The translations under genes and the position numbers were made by a program. A DNA stretch of 64,000 nucleotides. Origin: Octopus sinensis. Lineage: Eukaryota. Below are positions 50,682 to 62,577 of the stretch, piece after piece. The DNA lies in contig NC_042999.1 of the NCBI RefSeq assembly GCF_006345805.1, forward strand, positions 112,406,001-112,470,000, read 5' to 3'. Numbering within the stretch: position 1 is the first letter of the stretch; each line of letters opens with the position of its first letter. The notes beneath the pieces are model-generated. The model did no database searches and was not told where the DNA came from. It worked only from the letters and a program-made list of their open reading frames with translations.

Positions 50682-53633
50682 CATAGATAGAAATAGAGTA
50701 GAGGGTGAGCTAGTTAAGAAGCTAGAAGAGGCAATTAGAAGCGGCATCGCATCCGACGTTTTGGCGGCGAGGTTGGCCCTCGACCAACACTTCAACGCCA
50801 AACACGAAGGATGTGCTGTCAGAGCTAGGATGCGTGCTCTAAGGAACGAAGGTGTTGGAGCCGCGAGAGAGGCCCGGGTGGCAGAGGCGCAACAGGGCAA
50901 CAAAGCCACCATTCGGTCACTGGTAGATGAACAGGGGCGCGAATTGCTCGAGCCAAGTAAAATGTGTGAGGCCTTTCAGCAGCATTTTGCCCGACTGTTC
51001 GGGACGAGTGGAGGGCAAGAACGTAGGGTAGACTTCAGTGCCTACCTACATAGCCTGCCACGACTCTCGGCAAGAAAGGCAGGGTGCTGCGAAGGTGCCA
51101 TCACGGCGGCGGAAGTGCGGGAAGCGATGGCAGAATGCTCGAGGGACAAATCACCGGGTTTGGATGGTCTACCTACGAATTTTACTATTGTATGCCAGAC
51201 TTGTTTGGAGACGTCTTGGCAGCGGTATACTGCAACTGGCAGCAAAACGGGAGCATACCCGGTTTTGTGAGTCGAGGAGCTGTAACTCTGCTGAAGAAAG
51301 ATCCAAACAAGGGAAACATTATAGATAACTTTAGGCCAATCACTCTGCTCAATGCAGACCTGAAAATTTTGACAAAGGTGTTAGCCAAGAGGTTGGCGCT
51401 TGTCATGGAGAAACTGGTCGACAACGCACAAACGTGCGCCGTGCCGGGCCGGAGCATCCATGACAACCTCCATCTGATGCGCTACATCATAGACGGGTAG
51501 TTAACGAACCTGGCATGGGTGGGGCCCTGATCAACTTGGATCAATCGAAAGCCTTTGATAGGGTAGACCATCGATACTTGGGGCGCAGTCCTGAGAGCGG
51601 CTGGTTTCGGTCCCCTTCCGCGGCTAGATAGCTGCCTTGTACAGAGGCATCCGTTCGGTAATTCGCGTAAATGGACATCTATTAAGACCCTTCGACATTG
51701 CACGTTCGGTCCGTCAGGGATGCCCCCTCTCGGCGCTTCTATACGTATTGACTCTTGAGCCACTACTGCGGAAGCTGGCGACTCTGAGGGGCATCCCGCG
51801 AGAATTAGGATGCGGGACGAGCGTGTCTGCATACGCGGACGACGTCACCGTCATAGTGTCAAGCCACGAGCACATCGAGCGGGTCGGCGAGACACTGAAA
51901 GACTACGAAGCGGTGACAGGAGCAAAAATCAACCGGGAAAAGTCAGTGGGCTTGCGGCTCGGCACCTGGAGAAGCAAACCCATGCCGTCCACCAGTACCT
52001 CCGTCGTGGGACGCTGGACCGACGGCCCGGTTGAGTTGCTCGGGGTCTGGTTCGGTCCGGACCTCCAAATGGAGAAGAACTGGAACGAGATAACGAGTAG
52101 GGTGGTCACTCTCGCCCAGCAATGGGGGCCGAGAGGAAACTGTCCCTAAAAGGTCGGGCGGAGGTGGTGAACGCGTACATCGCGTCCATCATCTACTACC
52201 GCCTGACCGTCGTACCTTGTCCCGACCCTACCATCACCAAACTAGAACGCATCCTCTTCCGCTTCTTGTGGAAAGGATGCGTCCGATGGTCAGGCGATCC
52301 ATTTGCTGTCAACACCCGTTAAAAGGAGGGCTGGGCATGCCGTGGTTGATGATGCGCAGACACGCGCTGAGACTGCGACATCTCCGGCTCTATGTAGACG
52401 ACGGTGAACAGGTGTGGTCGCCGTTTGTGAGGCACGCATTCCCGCAACTCGTCTCCATGACCGAACTACAGTCGTGGATCAAAAAGAGGCCGAAGAAGGG
52501 CGAATGGCACCGCGAGTGTCGCGTTGCTCTCAAGCAACTCTGCCGTCCCGGGTCGACCTTGAGTGACTTCAACACAACCAAAGCATTCTATAGGGGATTA
52601 GTGGAGGGGAGGTACGACGACGAGCTCGGGGCAAACTTGGGCGTCAACGAGGAATACCTGACCCGCCTGTTTCAAACGACTCTTGGCCCGGGACCTATGG
52701 ACAACTTCCAGAGATCCCTGGCCTGGCGGTGCTACCGAGAAGCGCTACCCGTTCGGGATAAGCTCTATAGGCATGGCTCGAGAAACACGGGGCCGACCTG
52801 CCCGAGATGCGGGCAGAGCGACGAAACCGCTCTGCACGCAATCGTGCAGTGTCCAGCAATTTCCCACCTGTGGGCTTATGTCGAACGACTGCTGTCACGT
52901 GTGGGACGTGTCGGTTTATCAGCCGAGTCTATCGTAATATCGTCACGCCTCCTTCCTTCAAACGGGAAGGAAGAGCTATTTTTATCATACTTGTGGCTAT
53001 GGCGAAAGAATGTATCTGGTGGACGCGTCTGAAAGGATTAGAGACAAACACTTTCCTCTCTGGTCAATCTCTCATCAACTTCTTCAAGTATCACTTGAAG
53101 AAAAAAGTGAGAGTAGAGAGGCAAGTTTTGTCTAGTGAATGTTTTAAAAAAAGATGGGTGAATGTAGCAAGGATGGCACGTATGAATGACGAAGCCACCT
53201 TGACTATGATTCTATGAACCGTAAAAATTAATACAGAGAGTTGCTTATTTGCAAAAAAAAAAAAAAAAAAAAAAAGAAATATAACATGTGACTTCATTGA
53301 CCGAGGTTACCGTGGTCTTTTCCGTAGGCTTTTCTTTCCACGGGTAAACCTCACCTGTCCTCCCCTTTACACTTCATATTGACATTTCTGTGATAACGAT
53401 CCCTATTGATCAATTTTTTTTCCTCTCCCCCCCCCTTTTTTTTTTACCCCCCCTTTTTTTTGTCCTCTTTCTCTCCTTTTACGATCCCTTTTGATCGACC
53501 CCCCTTTTTTATTTTATTTTATTTGTTATTTTATTATTATTATTTTTTTTTTTTTTTTAAACCTTCAAAAGAAAAGCTCTACCTTGTAATTTGTTCTATC
53601 TGTGTGCAGCCCTGTGTGGCTAATAAAGAAACA
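50682..53633 (+). mobile_element. Tx1/L1-clade retrotransposon, copy 2 (5'-truncated after the endonuclease domain)
   Basis: Collinear with 47408-50343, roughly 95 percent identical by eye; frameshifted ORF2 ends at 53217; same 3' end AATAAAGAAACA|TATCTAT. Confidence 0.93.
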
Positions 53634-53643
53634 TATCTATCTA

Positions 53644-53678
<35 letters not shown>

Positions 53679-53735
53679 ATCTAATCTATCTACTATAACT
53701 ATCTATCTATATATCTATCTATCTATCTATCTATA

Positions 53736-53766
<31 letters not shown>

Positions 53767-53794
53767 TATATATCTATCTATCTATCTATCTATC

Positions 53795-53800
<6 letters not shown>
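53634..53800. repeat. (TATC)n array, downstream flank
   Basis: Read directly; grades into (TA)n. Confidence 0.95.
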
Positions 53801-53826
<26 letters not shown>

Positions 53827-54024
53827 TATACATGCACACACACACCTTCATGAGTCTGTGAGATTATATGTATTTATGTATATGCATCTATTTTCCACTC
53901 ATACATGTATGATACATGCATTTTCATATACACACACACATACACATGCACACATATATATGTGTATATATGTATGTACATACATATGTGTGTGTGGGGG
54001 GGAGTGGGGGGGGTGTCTGTGTCT

Positions 54025-54055
<31 letters not shown>

Positions 54056-54639
54056 CACGCGCACACAAATACAAACACAACTGGACAGGCAGAGGGGAGA
54101 AAAGGAATGACAACCAAGTAAAAAGTTACAATTGGTAAATGTATCAGTGTCAGAAATCGCAAACCAAAAGGTTGACAGTTCAGATCCCATGTATTTTGGG
54201 TACTGCTTTGTGTCCATAACTGAACCGCTTGACACATGTTGATTCTGTTGCTGCAACAACATACTGCTGCTGCCATTATTGCTGTTGCTGTTGCTGCTTT
54301 ACCTTATACCAACCTACATCAAGTAGACCTTTGTTCAAATTGATTTCGGCCATGACATTCATATTATCTCATGGATATATATATATAGGACTACATAGTC
54401 TGATGAGTTATTTTATTATTTAAGAGTGTATGGTAGGATTTGTTGAATATTTGACTACTCTTTCTAGCAGGTCAGATGACAACTAATGGCACCCTCTAAG
54501 TACCATACCAAGCTGCCACAGTTTTCTGTAAAGAGCTGGTACAATGACTTATTAGCAAGTATTTAGTGTGTTCTGCTGGAGACAAGCTAGGGCAACTGCT
54601 GTGCTGATGATGCTTATTTAGCTAGAGACATGTGTCATC

Positions 54640-55060
54640 TTCCTTTATGGTGATGATGTTCATGACTCTGTGGAACAATTCTTGCATAGAAGAGTCAATG
54701 GCATTGACTGCTTGATAATGTTAGTGAAGGACAAGGTTGATCTTGTCGAGCCTTTCTCTCATGTCGTTTAATTCCTTCTTTTTCTCTTCTGGTGGCCTGG
54801 AAGTATCTGGTTCCAATGGTAACGGAACACTGCCACTTAGTACAGAATTGGGCTTGTGCTCCAAACAGCTTGGGCTCAATTCCAGTAGCTTTCGGTGTTA
54901 CTCTGAGTTAGTCTTTGTATCTTCAAAGAGGGCAAACCTATAGACTTTTCCCCAAAGTGAGCTCACCAAATAAGACTTGGCATAGGAACCTTGACTCTTC
55001 CATTCTTGATTCCTGGTCCTGACCATTGAAGGCAGTGCTTCATAAACAAACTAGCTGCAC
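54640..55060 (-). pseudogene. RTE-BovB-like LINE 3' end, decayed
   Basis: RMEESRFLCQVLFGELTLGKSL..CPL*RYKD, GTRYFQATRREKEGIKRHERKAR, LFYARIVPQSHEHHH (cf. RMED.R.PKQ.LYGEL..GKR..GRP..RYKD ... F.ARIGL.SH). Confidence 0.72.
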
Positions 55061-55164
55061 ATAATGTATGTGCTTTACTTATATTCCAAATTTGCTTTGT
55101 ATGTGTGACCAATAATGTTTACAGTAATAGAGCTGCTTTTAATTCATGATATTCTTTCTTTGTT

Positions 55165-55479
55165 TTCCTTGTACTTGTTTCAGTCATTTGACTGTGGCCA
55201 TGCTGGATCACTACCTTTAGTCGAGCAAATCAACCCTTGGACTTATTCTTTTAAGCCCAGTACTTATTCTATTTGTCTCTTTTGCCAAACCGCTAAGTTA
55301 TGGGGATGTAAACACACCAGGATCGGTTGTCAAGTGATGCTGGGATGACAAACACACACACACAAACATATACATATGTACAATGGGCTTCTTTCATTTT
55401 CCATCAACCAAATCCACTCACAAGGCTTTGGTCAGCCCAAGGCTACAGTAGAAGACATTTACTCAAGGTGCCACACAGT
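55165..55479 (-). mobile_element. SINE family B, head truncated
   Basis: 3' module, (CA)n spacer and most of the 5' module. Confidence 0.85.
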
Positions 55480-56037
55480 CTCACACCCGTAGTTTTGGTC
55501 TAAATAGGGGAAGCAGATTTAACATGCTGTTCAGCTTTGCAACATCATCTGATTCTTGGGTATCTTTAGCAAAATGAATGTTTTTGCAATCATTTATACT
55601 AAGGCCCTGTTCCTGACCAGTCTAGATTTTCCTACATATGGTCAGGTTGGGTATCAGTCTCCATCAATCTCACCAATATAGGAGTGCTCACAAAATCATA
55701 GCACTTTCCCTTTTCTTCTTACAAGTTTTTTTAATCTAGTAAAATTTATTTACGTCTTTCTTGTAGTCATATTACTTTAATGTGGCTTCAACAAAACTGG
55801 TCAGAGTTAAAGTGAATGGTACTTTGACTTTCTTTTTTTTTATCAATGGTGGTTACTGTCCAGCCCAGACTTTTCCAACCTTTTCACTACCAAGGACTCC
55901 TTTTATCTAAATGAGTTTTCCCACGGACCCCTTTTAATATGCTTATCCATTTGTATATATATATATATATGAAATTTCATATATGTATATATATAATATC
56001 ACAGGTATTGTGGTGTGACTGAGAAATTCACTTTCCA

Positions 56038-56068
<31 letters not shown>

Positions 56069-56084
56069 TGTATGTATGTATGTA

Positions 56085-56117
<33 letters not shown>

Positions 56118-56931
56118 ATGTATGTATGTATGTATGTATATATGTATGTATTTATATATGTTTGCATGTATGCGCGTATGCGTGTATGCGTGTATGTCTA
56201 TATGTATGTATGTATGTATGTAATCATATTCTTAATTATTTTCAACATTTTAACAACCATTTTTTTTTTCCATGCTAGCATGGATTGGGCAAGACTGCAT
56301 GAAAGGAAAATGTTCCAGAGCCAGATTATGTAAATGGAAACTCATAAGTGAACAGCAAAAGAAATCTTCAGAGAAAGACTTCCCATCAGCTCATTAGTTC
56401 TTGATTTTCTAAGGGAGCCAAACCCAACAAGGTCAGTACTCTGCAACCATTTTTTCATCTGTGCTACACTTATATTCTTTTCAAAATTTGGCAGCACACC
56501 TGATCTAAATATATAACTAAAGGTATAGGGGAAAATATTTTGTTCAGGTTACACTGTGGCACACCGAGCATCATCTCATTGCACACCAGTATGCCATGGC
56601 ATTCTGGTTATGGAGCACTGTTCTAGATCATGAGTCATAGGTGTCCTCCTACAATGTTTGGAATGCCATTTTTAATGGATATTAAACTAGGCAGTTTCTG
56701 TCTCCTAGAATTCACTCACAAGACATTGGTCAATCTGGTTATGGAGAATTTGCACAAGGCATCACAAAGTGAGGTCAAACTGGAAGTGATGTGGTTACAA
56801 AGTGGACATCTTAATCAATGAGTCATGCCTGCACCCATAGTTACATAAGCATACTATAAAACAGAACAATACATGTGAATATAAACACATAGAAACGCAA
56901 ATATTATAAATACAGTCAACAGATAGATAGG

Positions 56932-56990
<59 letters not shown>

Positions 56991-57041
56991 GTAGGTAGGT
57001 AGGTAGATAGGTAGGTAGGTAGGTAGGTAGGTATAAACATC

Positions 57042-57272
57042 AAGGCGGTGAGCTGGCAGATGTGTTAGCACGCCGGGCGAAATGCTTTGCGGTATTTCGT
57101 CTGTCGTTACCTTGTGAGTTCAAATTCCGCCGAGGTCGACTTTGCCTTTCATCCTTTCGGGGTCCATAAATTAAGCACCAGTTACACACTGGGGTCGATG
57201 TAATCGGCTTAATACCTGTGTCTATCCTTGTTTGTCCCCTCTATGTTTAGCCCCTTGTGGGTAATAAAGAAA
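57042..57272 (+). mobile_element. SINE family A monomer with 14-bp target site duplication
   Basis: TAGGTATAAACATC at 57028-57041 and 57273-57286 flanks a complete head-to-tail-1 copy. Confidence 0.92.
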
Positions 57273-57385
57273 TAGGTATAAACATCGATATTTACATGGA
57301 GCTGTGTATGACTATGTTCATGTCTATATATGCAGATATATATATGTATATTATGTCTCTATATATGTGTGCGTGTGTGTGTGTG

Positions 57386-57461
<76 letters not shown>

Positions 57462-57468
57462 TATATAC

Positions 57469-57499
<31 letters not shown>

Positions 57500-57588
57500 C
57501 ATATATATGCTTATATATAGTGTTCTGCAGCTTCTTGCTTATATATACTTATATATATATGTACACACACACACACATATATATACAT

Positions 57589-57621
<33 letters not shown>

Positions 57622-57626
57622 ATATA

Positions 57627-57675
<49 letters not shown>

Positions 57676-58187
57676 TATATAGAGACATAATATACATACA
57701 TATATATTCATATGTACATATATATATCTTTTAAATTTCTTTATGGTAATATTTTGAATATGCAAAAAACACTATATGTACATATATGTGTGTGGTGTGT
57801 ATGTGTGTGTGTGTGTACATATATATATGTATGTGTATATATATATATGTGTGTGTGTACATATACCATATGCATACACACCCACACATACAAATATAGC
57901 TATGTGTGTGTGAGAGAGTAAGTGTGTTTATGTGTGTGAGAATGTGAGAGTGTGTGAGAATGTATGTGTCTGTCTGTCTGTCTGTGTCTGTGCATGTGTG
58001 TATAGAAAGAAAGACAAATTGCCTGGAAAATGTCAAGTGATGATCATGAAACTCTATCCTGGTAAATGTTATGCATACATTAGCAGAGATGCCATTCAGA
58101 GATAAATTGCAAGGAACATCGGTGGTATGATACTGGCCAATCAATTTCTGTGCGAAATGATGATGACCTTTGCTGTTTTCCTTGCAG

Positions 58188-58330
58188 TTTAGTTGCAGAA
58201 AGATTCCTGTTCAAAGATAAACTCAGTGGATTTATTGTATGCACCTTTATTACAAGAAAGGTGAGAGGTTTAATTTGGAAAAAAAAAATTTGAGTTTGGT
58301 CTGATATGTGTGTACATAGACAATGCACAC

Positions 58331-58363
<33 letters not shown>

Positions 58364-58424
58364 GATATATATACATATATGTATGTATGTATACATACAT
58401 GTATATGTATATGTATGTATGTAT

Positions 58425-58472
<48 letters not shown>

Positions 58473-58481
58473 AATATATAT

Positions 58482-58514
<33 letters not shown>

Positions 58515-58884
58515 CATATATTTGTGTGGGGAGGAGATGGAAGAATGTATGTATATGTGAGTTTGTGCATATGTGTTTTTATGAAAATACGTTTATATAA
58601 TATATATATATATAGATATAGTTATAGATATACATGTACATATATACGATATATATATACTCATACATACATACATGCATACATACATAGATACATAAAT
58701 ACATACATACATACATGCATGCATACATACATACATACATACATACATACATACATACATACATACATACATACATACATACATACATACATACATAATT
58801 ATATTTGATACCTATATTGCATCTGTCTTGTGTACAGCAGACACAAGGTTCAATTTCCAAAGATGACTATCTGTGGTTTTCAAA
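58188..58884 (+). other. Two candidate small exons of an unidentified host gene (58188/58199-58260; 58838/58841-58884)
   Basis: Acceptor CTTTGCTGTTTTCCTTGCAG, donors AAG|GTGAGA and AAA|GTAAGG; one phase-compatible splice gives [36 protein letters not shown]. No homology verified. Confidence 0.25.
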
Positions 58885-59312
58885 GTAAGGGAATTTTTAC
58901 TAGCTAATATGATGAAGTACCCTGGGTGAACTTGGATATGAGTGCACCATCCTCCAGGCAAAACATCTTACAAGTTGAGATGTATAATAACACACTCTGC
59001 ATTCAAACATGAATACTGTTTAATTCACAGGCATTTTAACTAAGAATATATTTAACAAAGAATATCTTAACTAGGAATATACATACATATATATATATTC
59101 ACACACACATGTATGCATGTATGGGCATGCACACACACACACACACTCACATGTATACTTGTATGCATATATATATAGTTACATTAGATTCCGTTAAGAA
59201 CAAGGTAGAGTACAGTATAGAGCTCATCTACCTTCAGAATTACCCTGTAGTATCGGTGGTATTATTATATACTTCCAAGTTTAAATTTAGGCATTCTTAA
59301 TTATTTATATAT

Positions 59313-59386
<74 letters not shown>

Positions 59387-59394
59387 ATATATAT

Positions 59395-60576
59395 ATATAT
59401 GCATATATACATACATACGTGTACATACTCGCATATATATGTATATGCACATGCATATATGGGTACAGAACGTCAATAAACGTAAACAACGTGAAAAAGG
59501 AGAATATGAAATACAAAAACATGAAATGCAAACTTTTCTTTGAACAACAAAAGCAACAAATAGTAAAAACGAGACAAGTAACATAAAGAACAATCCATGT
59601 TGCCTGTCGTTTTTCTATTTGTTTCTTTCGTTATTCGCAAAAAAGTTCGTTTTCCATGTTTTTGTATTTCATGTTCTCGTTTTTCATGTTATTTACGTTT
59701 TTTGACGTCCTGTACTTATATATGCATGTGTATATACATATACATGTGAGCATGTACACGTATGCATGTATATATTATTTATATAATATTATATGATCGA
59801 ACGCCACGCATTCATTTCCAAGTAAGTTTTATCTTAATAATTCTGATGCGACACTATTCTATCACTATCTCTATTTTCTCTCTCTCTCTCTTCCTCTTTC
59901 TATATTTTTCTCTTCCACCCTTTCTCTAATTTTTCTCCTCCCCTTCACCGTTCCCTATCTCTCCCTCTCTCTCTCCGTCACTCTTCCTCCTTGACTCTCT
60001 CATTGCTTACACGTGACCAGCGGCCATCTTTCTTCTAACTCGAATTTCTTTCGTTCTTCTCGTTCAGCTTCAAGGGATAGCACGCATTTTTGTCTGTCTC
60101 CTGTCAAAGCTTGTTTCTCCAGCGTTCACCACTTCACCTCGTTATTGCTTAACAGCCCTTACCATTTGTTTTAACTGTCTTGTTTTTGTTACCAACTTTG
60201 ACCCTCTGCAAATCCCAAATTTTATTTAGTTTGCTTTGCAGGAGCGGCTGTTTTGATGAAGACGCATCTTGTCCTAACGTTCTAAATGCAGAGTAGATAA
60301 AACAGTGGACAACTGATGAAGGGATTGTTCTTTATCTTGCCTGTCTCGTTTTTCTATTTGTTTCTTTCGTTGTTCGCAAAAAAGTTCGTTTTCCATGTTT
60401 TTGTATTTCATGTTCTCGTTTTTCATGCTGTTTACGGATTTTGATGTCCTGTACCCCTATATGCATGTGTATATACATATATATCTAAGTGTGTACACGT
60501 ATATATGTATATATGCATATATACATATTATTTATATTATTATATGATCGAACACCACGCATCCATTTCCAAGTAA
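59395..60576. mobile_element. PLE-like structure: inverted copy (about 59395-59596) plus two direct copies (59600-59825, 60337-60576) of a ~230-bp terminal repeat around a ~510-bp core
   Basis: TTGCCTGTC..TTTTTCTATTTGTTTCTTTCGTT..ATGATCGAACRCCACGCAT..TTTCCAAGTAA occurs twice directly and once largely inverted. PLE label inferred from architecture. Confidence 0.6.
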
Positions 60577-60591
60577 TATTTATCTATATAT

Positions 60592-61332
60592 CAGACCATG
60601 TTGACGGAGCTCGACATCAAAAGTTCTGCAGTAGGTCTCAAGATGAACCACATGAAAACAAAGTTCATGCGGTCAGACAACGTACCAACAGGTCGAATGG
60701 TGATCGGCAGTGATGAAATAGAGGAGGTAAAGGAATATGTCTACCTGGGACAGGAAGTGAATATGTACCGAAATATCGAAAAGGAGATCTCACGGAGAGT
60801 AAGGGCCGGATGGAAGGCGTTTAATGGCATAAGGGATGTGCTCAAGGGAAAGTTGGACAGGACCACTCGTGCCAACCTCATTAACAGTACAGTTCTACCT
60901 GCAATGTTATATGGTAGTGAAACATGGGCTACCACAAAGACAGAAGAGCAGAGACTGGTAACGGCTCAAAGAGCCAGGGAAAGATCAATGCTTGGTATCT
61001 CGTTGAGAGAGTACATCAGTCGTGAGATCATCAGAAAGAAGCCCAGTGTGAGAGATGTCATCGCAGAGTATACACGCAGCAAATATAGATGGGCTGGACA
61101 TGTCGCCCGGCTCACTGATAATCGGTGGACCCACGCAGTTGTCGAGTGGTACCCACGTGAGCGGAAAAGACCACCCGGAAGACCTCCACGATGGTGGAGT
61201 TACGATTTCAAGAGGACGATTGGGATCACGTGGATGAGAAAGGCGCGATTCAGAGAGGAGTGGACAGCGTGCTGTGACCAGCGTTGTCAAATGGATGCCT
61301 AACGGACTGGTCGGTCAAGGTGATCAAGGTGA
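60592..61332 (+). mobile_element. 5'-truncated RTE-clade LINE with tandem-repeat tail
   Basis: Ends TCAAGGTGA x2; TATATAT on both sides is a possible TSD. Confidence 0.92.
60598..61302 (+). CDS. RTE ORF C-terminal portion (end of RT and thumb), 234 aa uninterrupted; not a stand-alone gene
   Basis: GLKMNHMKTKFM, EYVYLGQ, EISRRVRAGWKAF, VLPAMLYGSETW, RWAGHVAR, RKRPPGRPP. Confidence 0.9.
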   Translation: MLTELDIKSSAVGLKMNHMKTKFMRSDNVPTGRMVIGSDEIEEVKEYVYLGQEVNMYRNIEKEISRRVRAGWKAFNGIRDVLKGKLDRTTRANLINSTVLPAMLYGSETWATTKTEEQRLVTAQRARERSMLGISLREYISREIIRKKPSVRDVIAEYTRSKYRWAGHVARLTDNRWTHAVVEWYPRERKRPPGRPPRWWSYDFKRTIGITWMRKARFREEWTACCDQRCQMDA

Positions 61333-61774
61333 TATATATATATATTAATGTGAGAAGATGGCTTGATCAGACTTTATTACAAATTACTACAACTGTTTCA
61401 CTCCAACAATAGCTGTTTTCATGCACATCCTCAGGTGACCAGAGTCAAAGCACATATGCACGCACACACACATGCATATATAAATATATGAATAAATGAA
61501 TAAATACAACCACACAGTTTGAGATCAGCAAGCGTTAAGTGATAAAGTGAAACCATTCAATAAATGAATATAAAGTTAAATTAAGTAGTATATTTGTATC
61601 TTTCAACAATCATGGAAGAGTCAGCTCATTTATCACTCATTGGAATCAAACCCAAAACCATAGAACCTTCTTAATCACACCACTATATCTGCACCTAAGT
61701 AATAAAATGATTACCAATAATTCACCACAAGTGGAATCAATTCTAACAAATTTGTACTGTTGTGCATCTTCATC

Positions 61775-61995
61775 ATCATCATCATCATTTAATGTCTGCT
61801 TTCCATGCTGGCATGAATTTGACAGGAGCTGGCTAGGCAGAAGACTGAACCATGCTTCGCTGTCTGTTCTGGCATGGTTTTTACAGCTGCCTGCCTTTCC
61901 TAACACTAACCATTCCACAGAGTAGACTGAGTGTTTTGTGTATGGCACCAGTACAGGTTAGGTCAATTTTAGCATGTTTTTTTCTTATTTTACAG
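61775..61995 (-). mobile_element. Retroposon 3' end with (GAT)n tail
   Basis: (CAT)n-TTAATGTCTGCTTTCCATGCTGGCATG...TTTTACAGCTGCCTGCCTTTCCTAACACTAACC; related fragments near 56265 and 36965. Confidence 0.6.
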
Positions 61996-62186
61996 CTGGA
62001 TAAATTATAATTTTCCTATTTTTTGTGCTTTTTTTCACATTTCATAGTAGCACTATTTAAATGTTAGTATCATGTCTGTGACCCATTGTGGGATTAGTTA
62101 AAATTTTGTCAAAAAATTTTGGGATTTTTTTCACTATTTGTATCAGAAGCAAATCTTAATTTGTTTTTAATTTCTTATTTTATTGA

Positions 62187-62537
62187 GCCATAGGATTCAG
62201 TCCCACTCAGCATGGTACCTGGGGCAAGTGACTTATACTATAGCCTCAAGCTGACCAAAGCCTTGTGAGTGGATTTGATAGATGGAATCTGATAAAAGCC
62301 TGTTGTGTGAGTGTGTGTGTGTGTGTGTGTCTTTTTGCTTGTGTTTGTCCACCACCACCACTTGACAACCAGTGTTGGTGTTTTTACAGTCTTGTAACTT
62401 AGCAGTTTGGCAAAGTGGCCCATAGATTAAGTAGCAGGCTTAAAAAATAAGTACTGAGGTTGATTTGTTCAACTGAAATTCTTCAAGGCGGTGCCCCAGC
62501 ATTACCGCAGTCTAATGACTGAAACAAATAAAAGATA
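62187..62537 (+). mobile_element. SINE family B, A box missing, internal (TG)n
   Basis: 5' module, microsatellite, 3' module ending GACTGAAACAAATAAAAGA. Confidence 0.85.
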
Positions 62538-62577
62538 AATTATTAAAATCTAATTTAAATTAAATGAAACTGCTCAT

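Noticed and set aside
50314-51270. 318-aa ORF as a microsatellite-LINE fusion gene
   Set aside because: A stop-free TATC array happens to be in frame with the truncated ORF2; no evidence of function.
57042-57130. tRNA genes at SINE heads with A and B boxes
   Set aside because: No complete cloverleaf; they continue into SINE bodies, one with a TSD.
60313-60345. CTGATGAAGGG as a hammerhead core (similar at 30765-30775 on the minus strand)
   Set aside because: No downstream GAAA or stem III in either copy.
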